Virus record (IMG/VR): IMGVR_UViG_3300045141_000107
Location: 1 to 64,000 of that record
DNA: 64,000 nucleotides
Reading direction: 5' to 3' (one strand)
DNA from: a virus
Numbering within the stretch: the stretch's first letter is position 1; each line of letters starts with the position of its first letter. Under the pieces are notes generated by a model that was given only the letters and a program-made list of their open reading frames with translations, ran no database searches and had not been told where the DNA came from. The position numbers and the translations under genes are program-made. Of the stretch, positions 17,599 through 26,422 are shown piece by piece.

Positions 17599-17704
17599 AC
17601 ACAACCTTTCGAAGCTGCTGCTCGGTACGAGGCTCCAGACAAGTGAAGCATCGATGCAGCGGCTCGACTTTTTTCTTTAAGAAGTTGATCATCAGTATCT
17701 CCAT
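17303..17704 (-). CDS. possible small Zn-ribbon protein overlapping recA
   Basis: CFTC...CHHC; abuts dnaE stop. Confidence 0.35.
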   Translation of the reverse strand: MEILMINFLKKKVEPLHRCFTCLEPRTEQQLRKVVYEVEVCHHCATTTSGSADDIAEEIREAGALPRIGPEVPDSEDLDRDTNVRFPFGWWNRARENHGILRPVCSPEESCLVQDDSASTSGGTQLRLDGCGA

Positions 17705-20700
17705 TTACACTGGAATCGGGTATTTGGCATCTTCAAAGATGACGCTGTTCCTGCCGACCTGCCGCTTGCCATACATTAGAACAACTCTTCCTTTGAACAA
17801 GTGCGGACCATGTTGCTCCCAATACTTCGGAAATACAACAACGTCCCAGGTACCTACCCCTTCGTATTTGACCTGGACAAATGCCATAGGGTAACCATTC
17901 TTCGTGGTTATCTGTCTTACTCGGTCGATTTGCCCGCCTAGCCAGCACCATTTATCCTGAGATGAAGTAAGCGCTTTGAGATTTAGTGGCCGGCGGATCT
18001 TACGGTCGAGCATCTTGCGGTAGTTATCTATTGGATGACTGGTTACATATGTCCCTAGCAGTTCCAACTCCGTTTGCCCTCGGTCTGCGTCGCCAGGTGT
18101 ACCAATGCTCTCAAATGCACCAACCCGACGTAGTAGTTCGATGACTCTTACATTGCATCTCCTCTTTGTCACTGTCGCTCTCAAATGGTCTTCCGAAGTG
18201 AACGGCCTGTTCTCCACCAGTTCAGTGCAGGCTGCCGCACCTACCCCTTTTATAGCAGTCAGACCGTAACGGATGCCACGTTTACCTTCCACGACAAAAC
18301 CTGAACCTGACTTGTTTACGTCCGGCGGAAGGAAGCGCAATCCAAAGAACATCTTCGCTTCATCAATGTAGACCGGGTAGTCTTCCTTATTGGCGTAGCT
18401 CAGCAGGGTGCAAAAGAAGATCGCTGGATAGTATGTCTTCAACCACGCTGTCTGGTACGCAATCATGGCGTATGCCGTGCTGTGCGCACGGTTGAACCCG
18501 TAGCCCCTGTAGGCGTAGATCATCTCCCATATCTGGGTTGCTACTTCCAGGGTGCACCCGTTGTGAGTTGCTCCGATCGACTTGCCTTTGGACTTGCCAC
18601 TGAGTTTGTCGAAGAGTTCGCCCCCATCGAAGAAAAGTGGTTTGAGCTCGTTCCATATGTCACCTTTCTTGTACTTGATAGCTTCCTTGAGTTCGTCCAC
18701 TAAGTGGTGGTCGAACCCTCCGATCTGTAGACCAATCTCCATGACCTGCTCTTGATAGAGGACAACCCCCTTAGGGAGTATTCGTCGTAGCCTCCTGTCT
18801 GGGAGCTTCCTACGTAGTTCAGCAGTTGCACCGTCACGGCCTTCTCTATAGGGCTCGACGAACTGGTTAGCACCACCGCGCCCGAGGGCCATGACAGCAA
18901 TGAGGTCCTCAAAGCTTTGTATCTGTAAATCTCGTACGACTTGCCGTGAAGTTCCGCCCTCAACCTGGAAAATTCCTGAGCATGCTCCCTTGTTAAGAGT
19001 ATCCCAAACAGCCTGATCCTCATACTCATACATGCCCTCAAAAGGATCCTCGCCTATGAGTTCGATGCAATCTTGTATGACATCCAGCGTGGTGAGACTC
19101 AGGATATCAAACTTCACTACACCCAACCGCTTGAGACCATCCATATCATACTGAGTTACTACAGCTTGTTGACCTCTGCCTTGCCCACGACCTACCATCA
19201 TCGTGGGCACCAGTTTTTGTAGGTCAAACTCTTTATCTGCAATAACTATGCCAGCGGCGTGCTTACCCTCGCCTGTAATGAGGTCTTGAATGTTCGTAGC
19301 CCACTCGTAGAAGTTTGGGTAGCTAACCATAGCACCCTTTAGTACAGGGTGCAGATGCTCGTCTTGAAGTAGCTCCTTGAGGTCCCCGCTTGCCTTCAGG
19401 TTGACGATAAGTGCTGCATCTGGCAAAGACTTACTTGCCGCAAATTGTTCATTGCGCGGGAAGCCTAGTGCGCCGAGGATTCTCTGCACTGTGCTTCTCG
19501 GGCCACCACGTGCAAACGTTCCTACCTGTTGTGCCTGATATGGTGCCTTGTTGTATCTGTCTAGCAGGTACTTGACTACTTCGAGCCGCCTGCTGTTAGG
19601 AAAGTCCACATCGAAATCAGGAAGGGATGGACGAGCCGGGTTAAGAGCACGCTCAAACATAAGGCCGAAGCGAACAGGGTCCACGTCGACAATGCCCATA
19701 AGAAAGGCGGCGAGTACCCCTGCCATAGAGCCTCTGCCAGGACCAACACGAATACCCCTAGACCTAGCCCAATCAATATAGTCGCGTACGATAAGAAACT
19801 CTTCTTCGAACTTACTGTCGAAGATGACTTTAAGCTCGTACTCAAGCCGATCCCGGTATACCTCCACGGGCGCTGCCAACCCGCCACGTCTCTCCAGCAC
19901 TCGCAACCTTTTACTGCAGAGCGAACGCATATACTCAGCAGAAGGCACTTCTGGGTTTGCTCTTGGTGCAACCGGGATATGCCAGCTACGCTGTTCAAGC
20001 TCGGGAATACTGAGCTGTATATCATCAGTATATTCGCGTAAAGTGCGCTGGCTAGCTTGCCATACTTCAGGCTGATCCGCCCAGAGTGCTCGCATCTCTC
20101 CAGTCGTTTTGAGGTGGTAACCTGAACCGTCGAACTTGAAGCGAGACGAATCCCGCCAAAGAGAAATCGTCTGGCAGGCGAGCCATAGGTCGTGAACCGA
20201 GTGATGTGATGGTTCAACATAATGGCTGTCATTGGTGATAACGATAGGGAATCCGTACTTTTCGTGCCATCCGATGAGCTTGTCGTTGACTTTTTCCTGG
20301 GCGTCGTTGGCTCTTCTGTCATCCTGGCTCTTGAGGTTGTAGTCGTGCCGTTGCAGTTCCAGATAGAAGTACGGAAACAGCTCCCTAAAGTATTGTGCCA
20401 GCTCTAAAGCGGACTTGTTTTTGTTAGCGAGGATAAGCTGTGGGATTGGCCCATTGAGACAAGTTGAGCTGGCAATAAGATGGCGTCTGTCTTTCCTCGG
20501 TATCGCTTCCAGCGTACTGTAATCAACACGAGGCTTGTAATAAAAGTGGCTGGGATCGTTCGCGGTACTGCTAAGCTCGCAGAGTATCTCATACCCACGT
20601 CTGTCTCTAGCCAGGAGTACCAGATGGTGCCGCCGTGGACCCTCCTTTTTCCCAGTCTCCGAGTCAATGGTGCGGGTGCGGTCAGAGCAGTCATTGCAAA

Positions 20701-20908
20701 GATAGAATTCTTGTCCAACAATAGGCCGAACATCATTCTTTCGGCATGCCTGGTAAAACTCAGGAACTCCAGACATGCGGCCATGATCTGTAATTGCGAG
20801 TGCAGTTTGTCCATCTGCGTGTGCTTTCTGGACCAGATCGGGTATGCGTGCCAAGCCGTCTAGCACGCTATACTCTGTATGGGTATGAAGATGTACGAAC
20901 TTAGCCAT
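17705..20908 (-). CDS. dnaE: DNA polymerase III alpha subunit (family C)
   Basis: PHP HLHTHTEYSVLDG, GPGRGS, PDFDVDF, KHAAG, KFDIL, YGFNRAHS, C-terminal OB fold. Confidence 0.97.
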   Translation of the reverse strand: MAKFVHLHTHTEYSVLDGLARIPDLVQKAHADGQTALAITDHGRMSGVPEFYQACRKNDVRPIVGQEFYLCNDCSDRTRTIDSETGKKEGPRRHHLVLLARDRRGYEILCELSSTANDPSHFYYKPRVDYSTLEAIPRKDRRHLIASSTCLNGPIPQLILANKNKSALELAQYFRELFPYFYLELQRHDYNLKSQDDRRANDAQEKVNDKLIGWHEKYGFPIVITNDSHYVEPSHHSVHDLWLACQTISLWRDSSRFKFDGSGYHLKTTGEMRALWADQPEVWQASQRTLREYTDDIQLSIPELEQRSWHIPVAPRANPEVPSAEYMRSLCSKRLRVLERRGGLAAPVEVYRDRLEYELKVIFDSKFEEEFLIVRDYIDWARSRGIRVGPGRGSMAGVLAAFLMGIVDVDPVRFGLMFERALNPARPSLPDFDVDFPNSRRLEVVKYLLDRYNKAPYQAQQVGTFARGGPRSTVQRILGALGFPRNEQFAASKSLPDAALIVNLKASGDLKELLQDEHLHPVLKGAMVSYPNFYEWATNIQDLITGEGKHAAGIVIADKEFDLQKLVPTMMVGRGQGRGQQAVVTQYDMDGLKRLGVVKFDILSLTTLDVIQDCIELIGEDPFEGMYEYEDQAVWDTLNKGACSGIFQVEGGTSRQVVRDLQIQSFEDLIAVMALGRGGANQFVEPYREGRDGATAELRRKLPDRRLRRILPKGVVLYQEQVMEIGLQIGGFDHHLVDELKEAIKYKKGDIWNELKPLFFDGGELFDKLSGKSKGKSIGATHNGCTLEVATQIWEMIYAYRGYGFNRAHSTAYAMIAYQTAWLKTYYPAIFFCTLLSYANKEDYPVYIDEAKMFFGLRFLPPDVNKSGSGFVVEGKRGIRYGLTAIKGVGAAACTELVENRPFTSEDHLRATVTKRRCNVRVIELLRRVGAFESIGTPGDADRGQTELELLGTYVTSHPIDNYRKMLDRKIRRPLNLKALTSSQDKWCWLGGQIDRVRQITTKNGYPMAFVQVKYEGVGTWDVVVFPKYWEQHGPHLFKGRVVLMYGKRQVGRNSVIFEDAKYPIPV

Positions 20909-20911
20909 GTG

Positions 20912-21274
20912 TCATTTGGGCCAAGGATGTCTAGCCGCCTCTTCTTGAGATGCCGTATGGAGAGGAACAATTGTAGCTCTGTGCTGGTTGCCACCAACGC
21001 TATATTTTACCCTTTGACCAGCCCTTGATGCACACAGGTACACATGCTTTATCTCGATTTCTTCATCCAGGTAGTTCCATTCTCCACAATCCATACATAC
21101 TTGTGACAGACGGAACAGGTTCTGGTGGCTTACTGACTCAGCGCCTATGACCAGCCAATTCTGGCAATGCTTACACCAGATTCTTCCCAGTGGGGCGTCT
21201 ATTCTTGGTTGCAGCACTGTGCTTGGGTCGAACATTGGTCTTGGCAAATTCTCTGGCAGGTTCATTGTCTTCAA
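20912..21274 (-). CDS. Zn-ribbon protein
   Basis: CKHC...CMDC. Confidence 0.55.
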   Translation of the reverse strand: MKTMNLPENLPRPMFDPSTVLQPRIDAPLGRIWCKHCQNWLVIGAESVSHQNLFRLSQVCMDCGEWNYLDEEIEIKHVYLCASRAGQRVKYSVGGNQHRATIVPLHTASQEEAARHPWPK

Positions 21275-21380
21275 CTAGTAAGAGGCCCGTGGCTTTATCC
21301 ACGTGCCCCTTGATACCTCTTTCTTTGAGTTGTTGGTCAACGAATTCAAAAGGGAGAATCAGTCCATTTGGTGTAGGCAT
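21171..21380 (-). CDS. hypothetical protein
   Basis: abuts upstream stop. Confidence 0.45.
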   Translation of the reverse strand: MPTPNGLILPFEFVDQQLKERGIKGHVDKATGLLLVEDNEPAREFAKTNVRPKHSAATKNRRPTGKNLV

Positions 21381-21737
21381 TCACCACCCCCAACGTACCA
21401 CCGACACCCATGCATAGGTACCATACGCAGCTTCAACGTTCTGGATACCCCATGAGTAAGACGGTGCCCACACATCGACCTGGTACCTGCCGAGATTGCC
21501 AGTGTCTTCGCACGTGACAACCCAACCATCGTTGAATTTCAACTGAGTACCAGCCGGAAAGTAGCTTCCGCACGCTGCCGCTCCAAGATGGGTTTGCTTG
21601 CCCCATCGCATCGTGCCGCGAAGATTGTAGAACGTCAGTCGGACGTTCTCCTGCCATAGCCCTTCATCGTCGTCTGCGTGCGCTACCGGAGCGACGGACA
21701 ACATAGCTACTATCAGGAGTGCGCGTAAAACTGCCAT
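21381..21737 (-). CDS. secreted 3D-domain (MltA-like lytic transglycosylase) protein
   Basis: signal peptide ending AHA; TFY, AAC, FPAGT, CEDTG, VDVW. Confidence 0.75.
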   Translation of the reverse strand: MAVLRALLIVAMLSVAPVAHADDDEGLWQENVRLTFYNLRGTMRWGKQTHLGAAACGSYFPAGTQLKFNDGWVVTCEDTGNLGRYQVDVWAPSYSWGIQNVEAAYGTYAWVSVVRWGW

Positions 21738-21760
21738 ACACCGGCAGTATAGCATTCTAC

Positions 21761-22678
21761 TTATGTGGAAGCAGGCACGTACTTTCGCGTAGCTGTACGA
21801 CTAGGTGTACCATCCGGATTAGTATGGTATCTCGCACGTGCATACTTTTGAAACTCACACAAGGAATGCTCTATAGACCGAAGTGTCAGGGGGTAGCCTG
21901 GGTAGACGGACTGCCACTGTTCATCTCGGCCAATTGACTGTATAAAGTCTCCCTGTCTGGCTCGTAGATATGAAATATAATCTTCCCATTTACGGCCAGG
22001 GTCACGCTTACCCCAGATCCACTGGATTCCACGCTTGCATCCAGGGCCTGCATTGACCCAATCGTCTTCTGAAAATGCAATAAGCCTAGAATAGTTGACG
22101 TCAATAGCGAGCTCATAAGCAAGGAATCTTCCGAACCCCTGGGTATCATTGAAGATCTGCCATACCCTTTTCAGCGAGTTCGCAGACTTTAGTGCATCCA
22201 GTAGTGCTGGCGTTTGCCGTTGCAGGTTACCTATAAGCCAGCAGATGTTCCTTATTTTGTCTGGAAACCCGCCAAACTTTACACCTGTTACTGTAAAGGC
22301 ATCTGTGAATACACGACTACCGTGGTTCTCATAGGCGTTCAGGTACCGACTAGCACGTTCCCAATCCCAAGCCCCGTACTTTGTCATCTTGCAGCGCAAC
22401 ATGAGGAACCTGAAGGTGTCAATGTCGTTGAACAACCTGTATACCATGATGGCAAACAGCAGGTCTTTGTCGTCCTGTAACTTGAGCAGGTTACGGATCA
22501 GGAATATGGTGCCCTTGTCCAGTTCCCTGTACACGTTGGTGAAGAAGTACGACCTTAAGATGTAGTCTTGTGTCCAGGGGGCTGATTCTCCAAGTACCAT
22601 ACGCTTATGATAAATGGACTGGCGCTCCACCACAAAGTTCCAGAACGCATCCATCTTGTCTTGTCTATACTTATTCAT
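21761..22678 (-). CDS. alpha-glutamyl/putrescinyl thymine pyrophosphorylase clade 1-like (amino acid:DNA transferase family)
   Basis: ERQSIY.KR...PWTQD.IL....FTNVYRELD, GFGRFLAYE..ID, GPGCKRG, IEHSLCEFQKY. Confidence 0.85.
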   Translation of the reverse strand: MNKYRQDKMDAFWNFVVERQSIYHKRMVLGESAPWTQDYILRSYFFTNVYRELDKGTIFLIRNLLKLQDDKDLLFAIMVYRLFNDIDTFRFLMLRCKMTKYGAWDWERASRYLNAYENHGSRVFTDAFTVTGVKFGGFPDKIRNICWLIGNLQRQTPALLDALKSANSLKRVWQIFNDTQGFGRFLAYELAIDVNYSRLIAFSEDDWVNAGPGCKRGIQWIWGKRDPGRKWEDYISYLRARQGDFIQSIGRDEQWQSVYPGYPLTLRSIEHSLCEFQKYARARYHTNPDGTPSRTATRKYVPAST

Positions 22679-22769
22679 CTCGCAATGATCTAAGGAACTT
22701 TGTGTATCCCCAAGCAACCACGACAGCCGATGTCAGCCAACCAATCGCTATCCACAACCACGTAGGCAT
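22671..22769 (-). CDS. 32-aa TM peptide (not in ORF track)
   Basis: MPTWLWIAIGWLTSAVVVAWGYTKFLRSLRDE; overlaps both neighbours. Confidence 0.55.
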   Translation of the reverse strand: MPTWLWIAIGWLTSAVVVAWGYTKFLRSLRDE

Positions 22770-23767
22770 TATATGAAGGCCAGGTGAGAATTATCGTTAG
22801 ATAATTCTTCGTTCATGACGTCATGATATACATGGAATCTGCAATCGTAGAAGTCGCACTCGGGAATGATAACTCTTTGCATGGCGTCCCTGTGTGATTG
22901 CGAATACCATATATCCTTGAAGCTACCTCGTACACTTGTAAGCGTCCCGAAGGAGATATCCTCAACTCTGTCCTGATAGTAACAGCACACCCACACCGTG
23001 CCAAGTGCGTCGACAACAGTGTGTAAGGGGCTAAGCCAGCAACTTCCTCGCTGGTGAGTCTTAGTGATTCCACCGAAAACTCTTCCCGGCCATTTAGCTC
23101 CAAGCTTGTGAATGGTATCTTGAATAGCATCTCTGCTGTCTTCAGGTAAGAGTTCAGGATCATCACTGCAATGGCGCTTCGCCTTGATACTAACAAAGTC
23201 CGCCCCGGCATCTAATATCTCCTCAGTGAGCCATTCGACCGCTGGAACGCTACTGCTGCCAAGAAGGATTTTCCCGCCGATGCGGCAAGAAGAGCGAAGA
23301 TTATTGCGGCTCTCACAGATTCTGCGAAGTCCGTCCACCTGGTTGCTAGTATAAATACTGACACGAAGGTAACGAGTTCCAGGGTAAACCAGAGCAGCAG
23401 TACACGCATCCGGCCTCGTTCCGTTGGTAATCATACCAAACTGTAAACGGCGACTAGCAACGCAAGACATAAGATCAGCAAACTTAGGATGAAGAGTAGG
23501 CTCTCCCCCACCGGAGAACTCAATTGACTCTCCACCCAGATCTGCAAAATCGTTGACAAGACCATTAAAGATATCAAGACCAATGTTGGCGGGGTGAGCA
23601 TTCTCAGCATTAGAGATACAGCCGAAGCAGCGCATATTGCAACTGTATGTAGGGTAAACAATTGCCATCGTGGGGGCAACCATCTCACCACGGTTTAGCC
23701 TGACTGCATCCTTACGGAAGCTGAGTATCTTTGTGCGCAGATCTACTGGCGCATATTGTGGTATCAC
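22769..23767 (-). CDS. radical SAM enzyme with SPASM/twitch domain
   Basis: CNMRCFGC, FSGGGEPTLHP, ITNG, C-terminal C...GTVWVCC...FKDIW...C...C. Confidence 0.92.
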   Translation of the reverse strand: MIPQYAPVDLRTKILSFRKDAVRLNRGEMVAPTMAIVYPTYSCNMRCFGCISNAENAHPANIGLDIFNGLVNDFADLGGESIEFSGGGEPTLHPKFADLMSCVASRRLQFGMITNGTRPDACTAALVYPGTRYLRVSIYTSNQVDGLRRICESRNNLRSSCRIGGKILLGSSSVPAVEWLTEEILDAGADFVSIKAKRHCSDDPELLPEDSRDAIQDTIHKLGAKWPGRVFGGITKTHQRGSCWLSPLHTVVDALGTVWVCCYYQDRVEDISFGTLTSVRGSFKDIWYSQSHRDAMQRVIIPECDFYDCRFHVYHDVMNEELSNDNSHLAFI

Positions 23768-23994
23768 TTGTTGTCTTCTCTCCTATTGACGGCCCTACCA
23801 AACCAGTATCCGATAACTGTGCTTATGACAGCAACGGCAGCAGAGTCTATAGCTACGTCGTAGTGGTTAGTAATTACCAGGAACGAACCCAATAATACTA
23901 ACACAGTGAGGACCCATTCTGCACCAAGCGTCCATAAGCCAGGCGAACCACTGGCTTCTAGACCTCCAAGTTTGGCATGCCAATCTTCGGCCAC
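23764..23994 (-). CDS. small 2-TM membrane protein
   Basis: two hydrophobic helices, VIGYWFG. Confidence 0.65.
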   Translation of the reverse strand: MAEDWHAKLGGLEASGSPGLWTLGAEWVLTVLVLLGSFLVITNHYDVAIDSAAVAVISTVIGYWFGRAVNRREDNK

Positions 23995-24000
23995 AAGTTA

Positions 24001-25458
24001 TCACCCAAATGCTTCAAGCCACGCCCTTGCCACGCCGCTAATAAACTTGACCCATCGCCCGTCTGTTACTGGTACTGCTAGCTGTTCGGATACTCCCAAG
24101 GCACTGAGGGTGAGTTCTGGTCCAAGAACCTCTGCGAGATCCTCTTGTTCCTCTCGATCATCCTCTGCTGTCGCCACCATAGCTGTCCCTGGGGCGTTCG
24201 TAGAAACATAAACTTCCTGACGGTCAACCATACGAACTTCAGGAACGGGGTCATCACAAACATCGTCCCAGAAAGTAGGGTTATAAATGCCAGGAGCGTG
24301 CCCGTATTCTTGTCTGTTTTCAAGATGGTCGAGTATTGTTTGCGCGTGGATCCTGGCATCACTGTACTCCCTAACAAATTCCATAGCTCTGTACGCTATG
24401 CGGCGTTGAAGCCGTGGATCAGCCATCAGTTCATTGAGTCTTTCAGCGATTCCTGCTGAAGATGGCGGTAGCCCCCAGGTGACATCAACAGAGGATAACG
24501 GACTCCACCTGTGTTCTTGAACACGTGTGGATACGGCTGATACACAACCGTACAACATCGCTTCAAGCATGACGCAGGATGTTTGACCGTCGAACCTTTG
24601 GCCGCCAATCGACCCACTAAGATCCACACTAATATTGTGGCTGCGGTAAATTCCAGGTAGAGCATCAGGAAGTTGCGCTCCCCAATACTGGTGGTCAGGC
24701 CTACCACGACCGCGGCGCTTACCAATATGGTCAAGACCAATAGCGTCTTTCCAGCCAGCCCCCACCTTGTTCCTGACATTGTGGTACTCGATTCCGGCAT
24801 TGTACAGATCAACCGGATAGTCTATACTAGGGAGCGCCTTTATGAACGGATAGATGCCTTTCCACTTCTTCCATTGCGGCATCCAACATATCGTACCAGT
24901 CTTGTCGGACACGTTCAGACCAACCCTCCGGACGTCTAGGGGGGTAGGCAGAAACACAAAGTGTCCTGGTAGGCGAGCCAGAGAGTCGTATTTGGATTGA
25001 TAACACGTGAACATGTGAAGACTCACCATATCTGATACCTGACGATACCAGGGGTAGTAAGTATCCCACAGGTTGTCGTGAATCATCACCATTATTGGAA
25101 GCCCCAGATCTGCCGCTTCCTCGTACAGCATCATCCATGACATGTCCCCCGTATTGCTCTTGATATCATGAGGGCATGGCAGCATGAACATTACCACGTC
25201 GTAGTTGCGCAATAATCTGCGATACTGCCGTCTCGCTTCGTCTCCACGGTAAGGCAACTGCTGCGCTGGCAAGCGGTAGTACCTGTGGTTGACCATCGTA
25301 GCACTCGTCTGGCTCAGGTTGCGTACCTTGCCTGCCCTGCTAGCCCAAAAGTAGTCGAACGTGCACCCGATAGCTTCCAGACCGTACTGCAAACCTTCAA
25401 CTATCCGGTTTATGCCGCCACGCTCGATTATCTCAAAGTCGATTACTATAAATCTCAT
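24001..25458 (-). CDS. GT-B fold glycosyltransferase
   Basis: RGGINR, MIHD, WKKWKGI, VMLEAMLYGC. Confidence 0.8.
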   Translation of the reverse strand: MRFIVIDFEIIERGGINRIVEGLQYGLEAIGCTFDYFWASRAGKVRNLSQTSATMVNHRYYRLPAQQLPYRGDEARRQYRRLLRNYDVVMFMLPCPHDIKSNTGDMSWMMLYEEAADLGLPIMVMIHDNLWDTYYPWYRQVSDMVSLHMFTCYQSKYDSLARLPGHFVFLPTPLDVRRVGLNVSDKTGTICWMPQWKKWKGIYPFIKALPSIDYPVDLYNAGIEYHNVRNKVGAGWKDAIGLDHIGKRRGRGRPDHQYWGAQLPDALPGIYRSHNISVDLSGSIGGQRFDGQTSCVMLEAMLYGCVSAVSTRVQEHRWSPLSSVDVTWGLPPSSAGIAERLNELMADPRLQRRIAYRAMEFVREYSDARIHAQTILDHLENRQEYGHAPGIYNPTFWDDVCDDPVPEVRMVDRQEVYVSTNAPGTAMVATAEDDREEQEDLAEVLGPELTLSALGVSEQLAVPVTDGRWVKFISGVARAWLEAFG

Positions 25459-25979
25459 ACAGGTAGTTTATCACCTACCAGGGGCTGCTGAGCAAATTCA
25501 TCCTCCTGAACCTGATACAGTAGGTAGTCGGCAGCCATTTCCAGACTGTCCAACACCACCAGGCTCATTGCCCTCCAGGCTGCATAGTCTCCAAGACCAT
25601 GTGTGAGATCCACAGTGACAACAGGTTTACCCCAAGCATAAGCGACACCGATTTCGTGAGCGCTGTCAATGGAGGGGTGGTCCGGATATATACAAGATAG
25701 GACGAAGTCACTATCGTGGATAAGGCGTAGGTTACGAGGAATATAGAACTCAGCTCTGGTGGTACTACCCCCATTAGTGAGAGTATCCGGGGGACGAGGA
25801 TGAAGCCACACCACACTACAAACGAGCTTATCAATGTCTGCACGAGGTCGCGTATAGTCGGGCGGTACCATCGACCATTTTTTCGCGACCTTTTCACGGA
25901 CCGCATCCCTGTACAGGTTCTCCAGGGTGTACCGCCACCCTACCCGCATGGTACCTGAAGTATACGGCGCGATTCTCAC
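25455..25979 (-). CDS. nucleoside 2-deoxyribosyltransferase / (d)NMP N-hydrolase family
   Basis: YTSG, SDFVL, SAHEIGVAYAWGKPVV. Confidence 0.8.
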   Translation of the reverse strand: MRIAPYTSGTMRVGWRYTLENLYRDAVREKVAKKWSMVPPDYTRPRADIDKLVCSVVWLHPRPPDTLTNGGSTTRAEFYIPRNLRLIHDSDFVLSCIYPDHPSIDSAHEIGVAYAWGKPVVTVDLTHGLGDYAAWRAMSLVVLDSLEMAADYLLYQVQEDEFAQQPLVGDKLPV

Positions 25980-26422
25980 TACTGCTGCCTGTCATCATCG
26001 TCATCAACGAAATTGAGACCAAACCACGCCATGCACATGAAGTCGCGCACAAGGATGTCAAAGAAGGTGCCGTGCAGCTTGTTCTTGTCCCACTTCAGTA
26101 CGGCCCCATCTTCGCTAGCAGAGTCAAGCCTGTACAGCTTGTCCTTCAGGTCTACCAGTGCCGTGACTGGCCCGTCTTTCTGCCAGGCATCTTTGTACTG
26201 CTCGTTCTTCTGCACTACCAGAGCGTCATATTCCTTCAACGCCAGCAGTAGCACAGGGTTCAGACAGTAGGTGTTATCTCCTACAGTTAGAACACCACCG
26301 TCAATACTAACAGCATCTGTATCACCGGTGCTGTCACCAAAGACAAATCTGGCAAATTGCCTGATAAGCCATCCAGGCTTGATGTTCACCTGTTGCATAT
26401 CTGCTGGCGTTACTGTTTTCAT
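25979..26422 (-). CDS. DUF1599 / nucleotide modification associated domain 1
   Basis: KNEQYKDAW...LKDKLYRL...TFFDI. Confidence 0.7.
   Translation of the reverse strand: MKTVTPADMQQVNIKPGWLIRQFARFVFGDSTGDTDAVSIDGGVLTVGDNTYCLNPVLLLALKEYDALVVQKNEQYKDAWQKDGPVTALVDLKDKLYRLDSASEDGAVLKWDKNKLHGTFFDILVRDFMCMAWFGLNFVDDDDDRQQ

Noticed and set aside
17705-20908. Intein or intron in dnaE
   Set aside because: The ORF is continuous, of normal length, and has no splicing motifs.
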